Source: Thermoanaerobaculales bacterium
GTDB lineage: Bacteria > Acidobacteriota > Thermoanaerobaculia > Thermoanaerobaculales > Sulfomarinibacteraceae
NCBI GenBank assembly: GCA_036351195.1
Contig: JAZBOQ010000126.1
Span: 8,059-72,058 of the forward strand
Direction of reading: 5' to 3'
DNA length: 64,000 bases
In this document: positions 8,917 through 16,861 of the stretch, piece after piece
Numbering within the stretch: the stretch's first letter is position 1
Layout of the letters: each line of letters opens with the position of its first letter
Position numbers and translations under genes: made by a program
Notes under the pieces: generated by a model
What the model saw: only the letters and a program-made list of their open reading frames with translations
What the model was told of the DNA's origin: nothing
The model's database searches: none

Positions 8917-9073
8917 ACCACAATAGGTGTCGGCTCGAGAAGTGGGTTGTGGTGCGCGCGTCTCGCGCGCAGGATCACTTTGAATTTGGGAATACCTGTA
9001 TGCACCAGAAGAGAATGCACTGCGATGACTCGGCGCGTCCGACGCGCCGCCACAATTCGTTCGACGAATTGTC

Positions 9074-9123
9074 TTGACAAACCGCCTCGGCACTCTCATA
9101 TTCTAAACTACAAAACGATCGTT
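9074..9123 (+). promoter_or_regulatory. Candidate sigma70-type promoter plus palindromic operator upstream of the TetR gene
   Basis: TTGACA at 9074-9079, a 17-nt spacer, then CATATT at 9097-9102. A perfect 10-bp palindrome AACGATCGTT lies at 9114-9123 between the -10 and the SD (GGGAGG, 9134-9139), in an unusually AT-rich stretch. Confidence 0.35.
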
Positions 9124-9148
9124 CGGTTTTTCTAGGGAGGCCCCCAGC

Positions 9149-9814
9149 TTGCCGAGAGGTGCCCAAGCCGCCAGGTCCGAGGTCGCCACCGCCAAGGTGC
9201 TCGATGCGGCCCTGCACCTCTTTTCCAGCCAGGGTTACGGTGCCACCTCCATGCGCCAGATCGCCGAGGCCTGCGATCAGTCGGTGGGCAACCTCTACCA
9301 CCACTTCGGATCCAAAGAGGCGATCTACAAGAAGCTCATCGACGGCTACCTGCTGCAGTTCCTCCAGGCGGACCACCCCCTGCAGAAGGTCTTTGTCGCC
9401 GCGCGTTTTCCCGACGATCTCGAGGACCTCGCGGCGGCCATCGAGCTCACCGTGGAGCGGAACAAGGCGTCGATCATGCTCGTCTTCATCGACGTCATCG
9501 AGTTCGGGGGACGGCACATCCGCTGGTTCTACGAAACCATGGCCGATCGATTCAAGGCCATGTACGGCGAACGCTTCGAGGAGCTCGATCGCCAGGGGCG
9601 GCTCACCGACGCCGATCCCATGGTGGCGGTGATGGTGGCCACCCGGTGGCTCTTCTACTTCTACACGGTGGAGAAATGTTTCGGCGTGCCCATGCACTTC
9701 GGCATGGACGCCCAACAAGCGGTTGACGGATTTATCCGCATTCTGAGAAACGGGCTGCTGCGCGGTGACGAAACGGCGCAGGAGCCGAATCCCGATAAAG
9801 GGGGGAGATCATGA
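9149..9814 (+). CDS. TetR/AcrR-family transcriptional regulator
   Basis: Has an N-terminal HTH (VLDAALHLFSSQGYGATSMRQIAEACDQSVGNLYHHFGSKEAIY). TTG start 8 nt after the SD. The stop overlaps the next gene's ATG (ATGA at 9811-9814). Confidence 0.85.
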   Translation: MPRGAQAARSEVATAKVLDAALHLFSSQGYGATSMRQIAEACDQSVGNLYHHFGSKEAIYKKLIDGYLLQFLQADHPLQKVFVAARFPDDLEDLAAAIELTVERNKASIMLVFIDVIEFGGRHIRWFYETMADRFKAMYGERFEELDRQGRLTDADPMVAVMVATRWLFYFYTVEKCFGVPMHFGMDAQQAVDGFIRILRNGLLRGDETAQEPNPDKGGRS

Positions 9815-12099
9815 GCGATTGGAAACGACTGTTGATGGTACTGGCGATCCTGCTGGTGCTGGTGGTGGATCTGACGCCGCCGGCGATGGCGCAGGAAGCC
9901 ACCGAGGAAGCCCCGGCGGAAGCTGCGGCCGAAGAAGAGACGGCAGCCGAGGAACCTCAAGGGAGGTTCATCGAAGAGATCGTGGTGACCTCCCGGCGTC
10001 GGGAAGAGAATCTGCAGGAGGTCCCGATCGCGGTCTCGGTGATCGCCTCGGACCAGCTCGAGGACATCGCGGCGACGTCGATCGCCGAGCTGCAGGCCTA
10101 CGTGCCTAACCTGTCCATCTACCAGGGCCGCAACCAGTCGACGACGCTGACCGCGTTCGTCCGCGGCGTCGGCCAGGCGGATCCGCTGTGGGGCGTCGAC
10201 CCGGGCGTCGGGCTCTACATCGACGATGTGTACATCGCCCGCGCCCAGGGCGCGCTATTGGATGTCTACGACGTGGCGCGGGTCGAGGTGCTGCGCGGCC
10301 CCCAGGGAACCCTCTACGGCAAGAACACCATCGGCGGCGCGGTGAAGTACGTGACCAAGGAAATGACCGACGACCCCGAGGGGCGGATCACCTGGAACAT
10401 GGGGTCCTTCAATACCCAGGAGGTCCGCGCCAACTTCGCCGGCCCCTTGATCAAGGGCAAGCTTCGAGGCAAGGCATCGGCGGCGTGGCTCACCCGTGAC
10501 GGCTACGGCGACAACCTCTACCAGAACCGCGAGGTGTCGAACAAGGACACCATGGCGTGGCGGCTGGGTCTCGACTGGCTGCCCACCGACAATCTCAGCT
10601 TCACCCTGAACTACGACCACACCGAGGACGACGCGGAGCCCATCGGCCTGACCCGCCTCGAGCCGAACCCGTACTGCGCGCTCTTCGGCGGCGCGCCGTG
10701 CGTGCCGTTTGACGACCTTTTCGACACCGAGAGCGGCATCGACCCGGTCAACGAGACCGACGCGACGGGGTACTCGTTGGGGGTGGAGTGGGACATCAAC
10801 GACGCGTGGACCTTCAAGTCCATCACCGCCTACCGCGAGACCGACTCCCGCAACTGGATCGACTTCGACACCTCGCCGTTGGCGATCGCCGACTCCCAGG
10901 CGACCTACTACGACGACCAGACCACCCAGGAGTTTCAGCTGCTCTACACAGGTTCGGACCGGTGGGGCGGCGTCTTCGGGCTGTACTACTTCGACGGGAC
11001 CGCCGGCGGCATCGTCAATGCGATGTTCTACACGAACTTCCCGAACACCACCGAGGGCTACGTCGACACCACCTCGTACGCCTTCTACGCCGATGCCAGC
11101 GTCAAGCTCACCGACCGGCTCTCCCTCAACCTGGGAATCCGGCCGACCCGTGAGGAGAAGCACGGTGTCGCCTTCAATGTCTACAACACCGACGACACCT
11201 TCACCGACTACTACTTCGTGGCGGCGGACTTCGACGACGAGACGACCTTCACCTCGTGGGCGCCCAAGATCGGCCTCGACTATCAGTTCAACCCGGACGT
11301 CATGGGCTACATCAAGGTCAATCAGGGCTTCAAGAGCGGCGGCTACAACGTCCGCGCCCAGTCGACCCTGTTCCCCGAGACCGCAGAGCCTTTCGACGAC
11401 GAGGTCATGACGGTCGGGGAGGTCGGCTTCAAGTCGGTGCTCGCCAACCGCAGCCTGGTGCTCAACGGCGCCCTCTTCTACGGCGACTACTCCGACATCC
11501 AGGTCTCCACCTTCACCTCGTACGACTCGGACGGCGACGGGGTCGACGACGCCTTCTTCGGCAACTTCCTGAATGCCGGCGACGCGACCATCAAGGGCGC
11601 CGAGCTCGAGTGGAATTGGGCGTCGCAGTCCTTCTTCGGGCTGTCGGGCTTCCTCGCCTACCTCGACACCGATCCGGATTACCTCGACGAGAACGGCGAT
11701 GGCTTCCTCGACGCCCAGGTGATCACCAATGCTCCCGAGTTCACCGGGACGCTCCGCGCCAACTTCGACTGGCCCCTGGCCGGCGGCCTGCTCACCGCCA
11801 GCGTCGGCTACGCCTATCGCGACGAGTCGATGCTGACCAACGAAGGCGGCGCCGACCCGCGCGACCCCTCCGGCGAAACACCGCTCGAGCCGCTCATTCA
11901 GGACTCGTACGGTTTGCTCGACGCGTGGGTGGCCTGGCTGTCGCCGCAGGCGAAGTGGCGCATCGGGATCACCGGTAAGAACCTCACCGACGAGGAGTAC
12001 CTGCTCAGCGGCTACAACCTGCCGGTGCTGGGCTCGATCCAGGGCTCGTACGGACCGCCGCTGACCGTCATCGGGACCATCGAGTACCGTTTCTGGTAG
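9811..12099 (+). CDS. TonB-dependent outer-membrane receptor
   Basis: Has a signal peptide (…PPAMAQEA), a plug region (IEEIVVTSRRREENLQEVPIAVSVI … VEVLRGPQGTLYGKNTIGG), a long beta-barrel region, and a terminal aromatic residue (…IEYRFW). Confidence 0.85.
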   Translation: MSDWKRLLMVLAILLVLVVDLTPPAMAQEATEEAPAEAAAEEETAAEEPQGRFIEEIVVTSRRREENLQEVPIAVSVIASDQLEDIAATSIAELQAYVPNLSIYQGRNQSTTLTAFVRGVGQADPLWGVDPGVGLYIDDVYIARAQGALLDVYDVARVEVLRGPQGTLYGKNTIGGAVKYVTKEMTDDPEGRITWNMGSFNTQEVRANFAGPLIKGKLRGKASAAWLTRDGYGDNLYQNREVSNKDTMAWRLGLDWLPTDNLSFTLNYDHTEDDAEPIGLTRLEPNPYCALFGGAPCVPFDDLFDTESGIDPVNETDATGYSLGVEWDINDAWTFKSITAYRETDSRNWIDFDTSPLAIADSQATYYDDQTTQEFQLLYTGSDRWGGVFGLYYFDGTAGGIVNAMFYTNFPNTTEGYVDTTSYAFYADASVKLTDRLSLNLGIRPTREEKHGVAFNVYNTDDTFTDYYFVAADFDDETTFTSWAPKIGLDYQFNPDVMGYIKVNQGFKSGGYNVRAQSTLFPETAEPFDDEVMTVGEVGFKSVLANRSLVLNGALFYGDYSDIQVSTFTSYDSDGDGVDDAFFGNFLNAGDATIKGAELEWNWASQSFFGLSGFLAYLDTDPDYLDENGDGFLDAQVITNAPEFTGTLRANFDWPLAGGLLTASVGYAYRDESMLTNEGGADPRDPSGETPLEPLIQDSYGLLDAWVAWLSPQAKWRIGITGKNLTDEEYLLSGYNLPVLGSIQGSYGPPLTVIGTIEYRFW

Positions 12100-12110
12100 A
12101 CGATTTCAAC

Positions 12111-12145
12111 GGGGTGCGCCGCTGAGGCGGCGCACCCCCTTTTAC
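12111..12145 (+). terminator. Rho-independent terminator after the TonB receptor gene
   Basis: A 12-bp GC stem, GGGGTGCGCCGC (12111-12122) / GCGGCGCACCCC (12127-12138), with loop TGAG, followed by CTTTTAC. Confidence 0.6.
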
Positions 12146-12159
12146 AACAGGGAGCAGCA

Positions 12160-12927
12160 ATGATCGAAACAGGACTGAAGGGGAAAGTTGTCATCGTGAC
12201 CGGCGCCGCCGCCGGCATCGGCCGCGGCACCGCCGAGGCGTTCGCGGGGGAAGGCTGCCGGGTGGCGGCCTGGGACGTCAGCGACGCCGATGAGATCGCC
12301 GCCGCCGACGGCGGTGAGGTGGTGTATCAGAAGGTGGACGTCACCGACGTCGACGCGGTCGCCGCGGCGGTCGCCGAGGTGGTCGAGCGTTGGGGCGGCA
12401 TCGACGTGCTGGTCAACAACGCCGGCATCGTCCGCGACGCCCAGCTCGTCAAGTATAAAAACGGCGAGGTGGTCGCCACCATGAGCGACGCCCAGTGGGA
12501 CGCCGTCATCGGGGTCAACCTCAAGGGAGTTTTCAATTGCACCCGCGCTGTGGTCCCGCACCTCATCGCGGGGGGCGGCGGAACGATCCTCAACGCGTCG
12601 TCGGTGGCGTGTCTGGACGGCAACTTCGGCCAGACCAACTACGTCGCCACCAAGTCCGGGGTCATCGGCATGGCCAAGACCTGGGCCCGCGAGCTTGGAA
12701 AGTTCGGTATCCGCGTCAACGCGGTGGCCCCCGGCTTCGTCGCCACCGAGATCATCAGCGCCATGCCGCAGAAGGTCCTGGACGGCATGGTCGCCCACAC
12801 CCCGCTGGGCCGGATCGGTGACGTCAAGGACATCGCCAACGCCTACGTCTGGCTGGCGTCGGATGCGGCGAGCTGGATCACCGGAACGACGCTGTCGGTG
12901 GATGGTGGTCTCGTCATTGGCACATAG
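12160..12927 (+). CDS. Short-chain dehydrogenase/reductase, 3-oxoacyl-ACP reductase (FabG)-like
   Basis: Has VVIVTGAAAGIGRG (Rossmann TGxxxGxG), NNAG, and the catalytic S...YxxxK (SSVACL…NYVATK). Confidence 0.85.
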   Translation: MIETGLKGKVVIVTGAAAGIGRGTAEAFAGEGCRVAAWDVSDADEIAAADGGEVVYQKVDVTDVDAVAAAVAEVVERWGGIDVLVNNAGIVRDAQLVKYKNGEVVATMSDAQWDAVIGVNLKGVFNCTRAVVPHLIAGGGGTILNASSVACLDGNFGQTNYVATKSGVIGMAKTWARELGKFGIRVNAVAPGFVATEIISAMPQKVLDGMVAHTPLGRIGDVKDIANAYVWLASDAASWITGTTLSVDGGLVIGT

Positions 12928-13092
12928 TAATTATGAGTTATGAGTTATGAGTTATGAGTTATGAATGTTATCGCACCGAGAAACGTGTCGATGGATGAGG
13001 GTTTTGAGTCTAATTTATTGACTCCAAATTACCGTGAATATGACAGTTCGAGGTTCGATGTTCGGAATTCATCATTCATCATTCATAATTCG
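12928..13092. repeat. AT-rich periodic-arm hairpin element (left arm (GTTATGA)n, right arm (TCATCAT)-type)
   Basis: Starts the nucleotide after the SDR stop. The left arm, 12928-12975, is TAATTATGA(GTTATGA)x3...GTTATCGCA. The right arm, 13065-13092, is GAATTCATCATTCATCATTCATAATTCG. The reverse complement of the right arm matches the left arm at about 18/22 positions. About 30 percent GC in a GC-rich genome. Confidence 0.7.
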
Positions 13093-13123
13093 ACTTGGCC
13101 CTGCGCGAAAGTAGGGAGGAACA

Positions 13124-14116
13124 ATGGAACGTTTTGCAACGATTAGATCGACGGGAAGGTACATCCCGGAGATCGAAGTTTCCAATGACGAACTGCGCGA
13201 GCGGTTCGCGCACATCCCCGACTTCGTTGACAAGATGGAGGCGTCGTCGGCGATCACGACCCGATGGAGGGCGCCGGACGACTGGTGCACCTCGGACATC
13301 GCCCTGCCGGCGGCTCGGCAGGCCCTCGAACGGGCGGGCCGCCTGCCGAAAGAGGTGGACCTGGTCATCCTCGGTACCGACTCGCCGGACTACGTGACTC
13401 CGGCCACGTCGGTGGTGCTGCAACACAAGCTCGGCGCCCACAACGCGGGGACCTTCGACGTGGGTTGCGCGTGTGCATCCTTCCCCACCGGCGCCGCCAT
13501 CGCGGCGGGGATGATCGCAACCAACCCGGCTTTGAAGACGGTGCTCGTCATCGGCGTCTACAACATGCAGAAGCTGGCGGACCCCAACGATCCCATGGTC
13601 TTCTTCTACGGCGACGGTGCGGGGGCGGCGGTCATCGAACCTGCCGACGAGCCCGGTTTCGTGTCCTCGGCCATGCGGGCCGACGGTGCCTACAACCGCC
13701 ACTGGGGACTGTACTCCGGCGGCACCTTCGAGCCGGCGAACGAGGAGGCGGTCCGCGAGGGGCGCACGAAGGTGAAGATGCTCGAGCGCTACCCGCCGGA
13801 GGTCAATCACGAGGGCTGGCCCAAGGTGGTGCGCTCCATGGCCGCTAACGGCTCGTTCCAGGTTTCGGACATCGACTTCGCCATCTTCACCCAGGTTCGC
13901 CGGCCGTCCATCGAGCTGGTGATGGAGGATGTCGGCCTGCCCATGAGCAAGACCCACACGGTCATGGAGAAGTGGGGCTACACGGGTTCGGCGTGCGTGC
14001 CCATCGCCCTGGACGATGCTCTCGAGCAGGGGAAGATCGCCTCGGGCGATCTCGTCGCCCTGGTCGGATCCGGGGTAGGGTATAACCAGGCAGGGGCCAC
14101 GTTCCGAATGCCGTGA
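13124..14116 (+). CDS. KAS III (FabH)-like thiolase-fold protein with a degenerate catalytic triad
   Basis: Aligns end to end with E. coli FabH (sequence recalled from memory). The Cys is retained (FDVGCACASF vs FDVAAACAGF), but the His position is Thr (IFTQVR vs VPHQAN) and the Asn position is Tyr (WGYTGSACVP vs HGNTSAASVP). SD GGGAGGA at 13114-13120. Confidence 0.8.
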   Translation: MERFATIRSTGRYIPEIEVSNDELRERFAHIPDFVDKMEASSAITTRWRAPDDWCTSDIALPAARQALERAGRLPKEVDLVILGTDSPDYVTPATSVVLQHKLGAHNAGTFDVGCACASFPTGAAIAAGMIATNPALKTVLVIGVYNMQKLADPNDPMVFFYGDGAGAAVIEPADEPGFVSSAMRADGAYNRHWGLYSGGTFEPANEEAVREGRTKVKMLERYPPEVNHEGWPKVVRSMAANGSFQVSDIDFAIFTQVRRPSIELVMEDVGLPMSKTHTVMEKWGYTGSACVPIALDDALEQGKIASGDLVALVGSGVGYNQAGATFRMP

Positions 14117-14141
14117 TTTCCAGGAAAGCCGGGGGCGTTTC

Positions 14142-15239
14142 GTGGGCAACAAGATCGTGAAAGTGATTTTCTTCTTCCTGGTCGTCGCTGCCGTGCTGAT
14201 CGTGGTCGCGTGCTGGATGATCTGGAAGCGGCCGCTGACCGTGGACGCCCGCATGAGCAGGATGGCGCTCAAGATCAACGGGCTCACCGAGCGTACGCTG
14301 GCCACCGACAGTGGCGAGATGACGTGCTGGGTGGGAGGCCAGGGACCCACCGCGGTTCTGCTCCACGGTGCCGGCGATCAGGCGGGGGCGTGGGCGCGAA
14401 CCGTCGGCGACCTGGAAACCGGGTACCGGCTGGTCATCCCCGACATGCCCGGCCACTGGAAGAGCGACCCCCGGAAGGGCCCGATCCACCTCGATGACCT
14501 GTTGGACGGGCTGAACCGGGTGATGGACGAGCTCGGGGGGAACGAGCCGGTGATCGTGGTCGGCAACTCCATGGGCGCGTGGCTCGGCTTCCTCTACGCC
14601 ATCGATCATCCGGAACGGGTGGACCGCCTGGTGGCGGTCAACGGCGGGCCGCTGTTCAACCCCGATCCGCAGGTCAACATCTTTCCCACCACCCGCGACG
14701 AGGCCCGCGAGACGATGAAGGGTCTCATGGGTCCGACCAGCCCGACGATCCCAGGTCATGTCCTGGACGACATCGTCCGCCGGGCGCCCACCGGGCCGGC
14801 GGCGCGCTTCGCGTCCACCGCCGGCGAGATGGGAGCCTACCTGCTCGACGGGAGGCTCGACGAGGTGGCGGTCCCGGTGGAGCTGGTGTGGGGCGATGCC
14901 GATCAACTGCTGACGGTGGCCTACGCCGAGCGCATTCTCGAGGGCTTACCGCGCGGACGTCTGCACCTGGTCGAGGGCTGTGGCCACGTGCCGCAACGGG
15001 AGTGTCCGCTGCGCTTTCTCGAGGTGTTGAAGGAGGCGCTGGAGACGGAGCCTGCATTGCCGAATCCGGAGGAGAGTGCGGGCGAGACGCCCGCAACCAC
15101 AAAGGCGAAGGAAAGTGCGGGCGGGACGCCCGCACCCACGACCGCGCGGTTGGGCCTCGTCGACTCGGGCGATGATTGTGGCCGCGGGCGCCCCGCCCGC
15201 GATACGACGCGGGTGGATCCCAACGGGGAGTTGACATGA
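14142..15239 (+). CDS. Membrane-anchored alpha/beta-fold hydrolase with a REP-derived C-terminal tail
   Basis: Has an N-terminal TM helix (IFFFLVVAAVLIVVACWMIW), an HG oxyanion motif (LLHGAGD), a GNSMG nucleophile elbow, and a C-terminal GHVP. The last roughly 60 codons run through two REP hairpins. The stop overlaps the next ATG (ATGA at 15236-15239). Confidence 0.75.
   Translation: MGNKIVKVIFFFLVVAAVLIVVACWMIWKRPLTVDARMSRMALKINGLTERTLATDSGEMTCWVGGQGPTAVLLHGAGDQAGAWARTVGDLETGYRLVIPDMPGHWKSDPRKGPIHLDDLLDGLNRVMDELGGNEPVIVVGNSMGAWLGFLYAIDHPERVDRLVAVNGGPLFNPDPQVNIFPTTRDEARETMKGLMGPTSPTIPGHVLDDIVRRAPTGPAARFASTAGEMGAYLLDGRLDEVAVPVELVWGDADQLLTVAYAERILEGLPRGRLHLVEGCGHVPQRECPLRFLEVLKEALETEPALPNPEESAGETPATTKAKESAGGTPAPTTARLGLVDSGDDCGRGRPARDTTRVDPNGELT
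15077..15134. repeat. Two direct copies of the GCGGGCG(A/G)GACGCCCGC REP hairpin inside the 3' end of a CDS
   Basis: 15077-15095 is TGCGGGCGAGACGCCCGCA and 15116-15134 is TGCGGGCGGGACGCCCGCA. They are translated as ...ESAGETPATT...ESAGGTPAPT. Confidence 0.75.
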
Positions 15240-16774
15240 TCAGTGCCGATATTCTCGGTGAACGGTCGAGGTTGTCGCCGGATCGCACCGCGCTGGTGGA
15301 GGTGGCGACCGGCCGGAGGTTCAGCTACGCCGATCTCGACGCCCGGGCCGTGGGCTGCGCGCGGATGTGGCTGTACGGCCTCGGCATTCGGCCCGGATCC
15401 CGGGTCGGAATCCTCTCGGGCAACCGGGTGGAGTTCCTGGACGCCGTTTTCGCCGCGGCCAAGAGCGGCATCGTGCTGGTTCCGCTCAACACCCGGGCGA
15501 CGCCGCACGAGCTGGGGTACATCGTTCGTGATGCCGGAATCCAGGTCGTGCTTTACGACAACGAACACCGGCCGACCGTCCACCGCCTGCGCAACACCGT
15601 CGACGTCGACCACTGGATCGCTCTGGACGAGCCCGACGACCCCGAGGACCCGGACTACGCCGAGCTCGTTCTCACCCGGGGCGCGGGCAGCTCGGTGCGC
15701 CGGCACAACCGGCCGGAGGATCCGTTCTGTCTGCTCTACACCTCGGGGACCACCGGCCGTCCCAAGGGGGTCATCACCCCCCACCGCATGGTGTCGTGGA
15801 ATGCGTACAACACGGTGGCGTGCTGGCAGCTCGGCGAGACCGACGTCAGCCCGATCTTCACCCCGCTGTACCACGCGGGAGGCCTCGGCGCCTTCCTCAT
15901 GCCGCTGATCCTGGCCGGCGGAACCGTCGTGCTGCACGCCGGCTTCGACGCGGCCGAGGTCTGGGGGGCCATCGAGACGGAAAAGTGCACCGTCGTGCTC
16001 GGCGTGCCGACCATCTGGAAGATGCTCTCGGACGCACCGGAGTTTGCCACTGCCGAGCTCGGCCACGTCCGCTGGTTCATCTCCGGCGGCGCCCCCTTGC
16101 CGCGGCACCTCATCGACATCTTTCGCGAGCGTGGGGTGGTCCTGCGGCAGGGGTACGGCCTTACCGAGGTCGGGGTCAACTGCTTCTCCATGACCGATGA
16201 GGAGGCGTGGAAGAAAGCCGGTTCCATCGGCCGTCCCTTGATGTTCACCGAAGCGAAGGTGATCGACGAGGCGGGCCAGGAGCTGCCGCCCGGTGAGGTC
16301 GGGGAGCTCTGCTTCCGGGGGCCCCACGTGTCCGCCGGTTACTGGAACAACCCCGAGGCGACGGCGGCCGCCATCGACCGCCGGGGCTGGTTCCACACCG
16401 GCGACATGGCGACCTGCGATGAAGACGGATTCTTCTCCATCGCCGGACGGGCCAAGGACATGTTCATCTCGGGCGGGGTCAACGTCTACCCGGCCGAGAT
16501 CGAGAACCAGCTCCTCCAGCACCCGGCTCTGGGGGATGCAGCGGTGATCGGCGTCCCGCACGACACCTGGGGAGAGGTGGGCGTCGCCTACGTGGTCGCG
16601 GCCGAAGGCAGCGATGTCGACACCGGGTCGTTGGCGTCATTCGTCGAGTCCCGATTGGCGCGTTACAAGGTGCCGAAGGAGTTCATCGTGACGGACGAGC
16701 TGCCGCGAACCGCCTACGGCAAGGTGGTGAAGGGCGATCTCGTTGAGGATTGGAAAAAGCGTCAGGAAGCATGA
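15236..16774 (+). CDS. AMP-dependent synthetase/ligase (acyl-CoA synthetase family)
   Basis: Has the AMP-binding motif LLYTSGTTGRPKGV, then YGLTE and TGDMATCDEDGFFSIAGRAKD. The start is taken at ATG 15236, coupled to the upstream stop, rather than the track's 15176. Confidence 0.85.
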   Translation: MISADILGERSRLSPDRTALVEVATGRRFSYADLDARAVGCARMWLYGLGIRPGSRVGILSGNRVEFLDAVFAAAKSGIVLVPLNTRATPHELGYIVRDAGIQVVLYDNEHRPTVHRLRNTVDVDHWIALDEPDDPEDPDYAELVLTRGAGSSVRRHNRPEDPFCLLYTSGTTGRPKGVITPHRMVSWNAYNTVACWQLGETDVSPIFTPLYHAGGLGAFLMPLILAGGTVVLHAGFDAAEVWGAIETEKCTVVLGVPTIWKMLSDAPEFATAELGHVRWFISGGAPLPRHLIDIFRERGVVLRQGYGLTEVGVNCFSMTDEEAWKKAGSIGRPLMFTEAKVIDEAGQELPPGEVGELCFRGPHVSAGYWNNPEATAAAIDRRGWFHTGDMATCDEDGFFSIAGRAKDMFISGGVNVYPAEIENQLLQHPALGDAAVIGVPHDTWGEVGVAYVVAAEGSDVDTGSLASFVESRLARYKVPKEFIVTDELPRTAYGKVVKGDLVEDWKKRQEA

Positions 16775-16781
16775 ATCAATC

Positions 16782-16843
16782 GATCCCGTTCCCGATCCCG
16801 CTCCCGTTCCGGAGCGGTCGAGTCGGGAACGGGATCGGGAACG
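16782..16843. repeat. Hairpin built from CCCGNT / GGGANC hexamer arrays
   Basis: The left arm, 16782-16811, is GATCCCGTTCCCGATCCCGCTCCCGTTCCG. The right arm, 16824-16843, is CGGGAACGGGATCGGGAACG, with a 14-nt exact complement. It lies between the ligase stop (16774) and the thiolase start (16862). Confidence 0.7.
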
Positions 16844-16861
16844 AAAACAAGGAGAACCGGA

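Noticed and set aside
12928-12975. Short-period tandem arrays (also 42341-42374, 43106-43154 and 47391-47500) considered as a CRISPR array
   Set aside because: The repeat units are 6-8 nt with no spacers. CRISPR repeats are about 24-48 nt separated by unique spacers, and there are no cas genes in the window.
12961-13146. 61-aa ORF in the AT-rich spacer between the SDR and KAS III-like genes
   Set aside because: It lies entirely within the periodic-arm repeat element. Its codon usage is unlike neighbouring genes, it has no SD, and it overlaps the real start of the KAS III-like gene.
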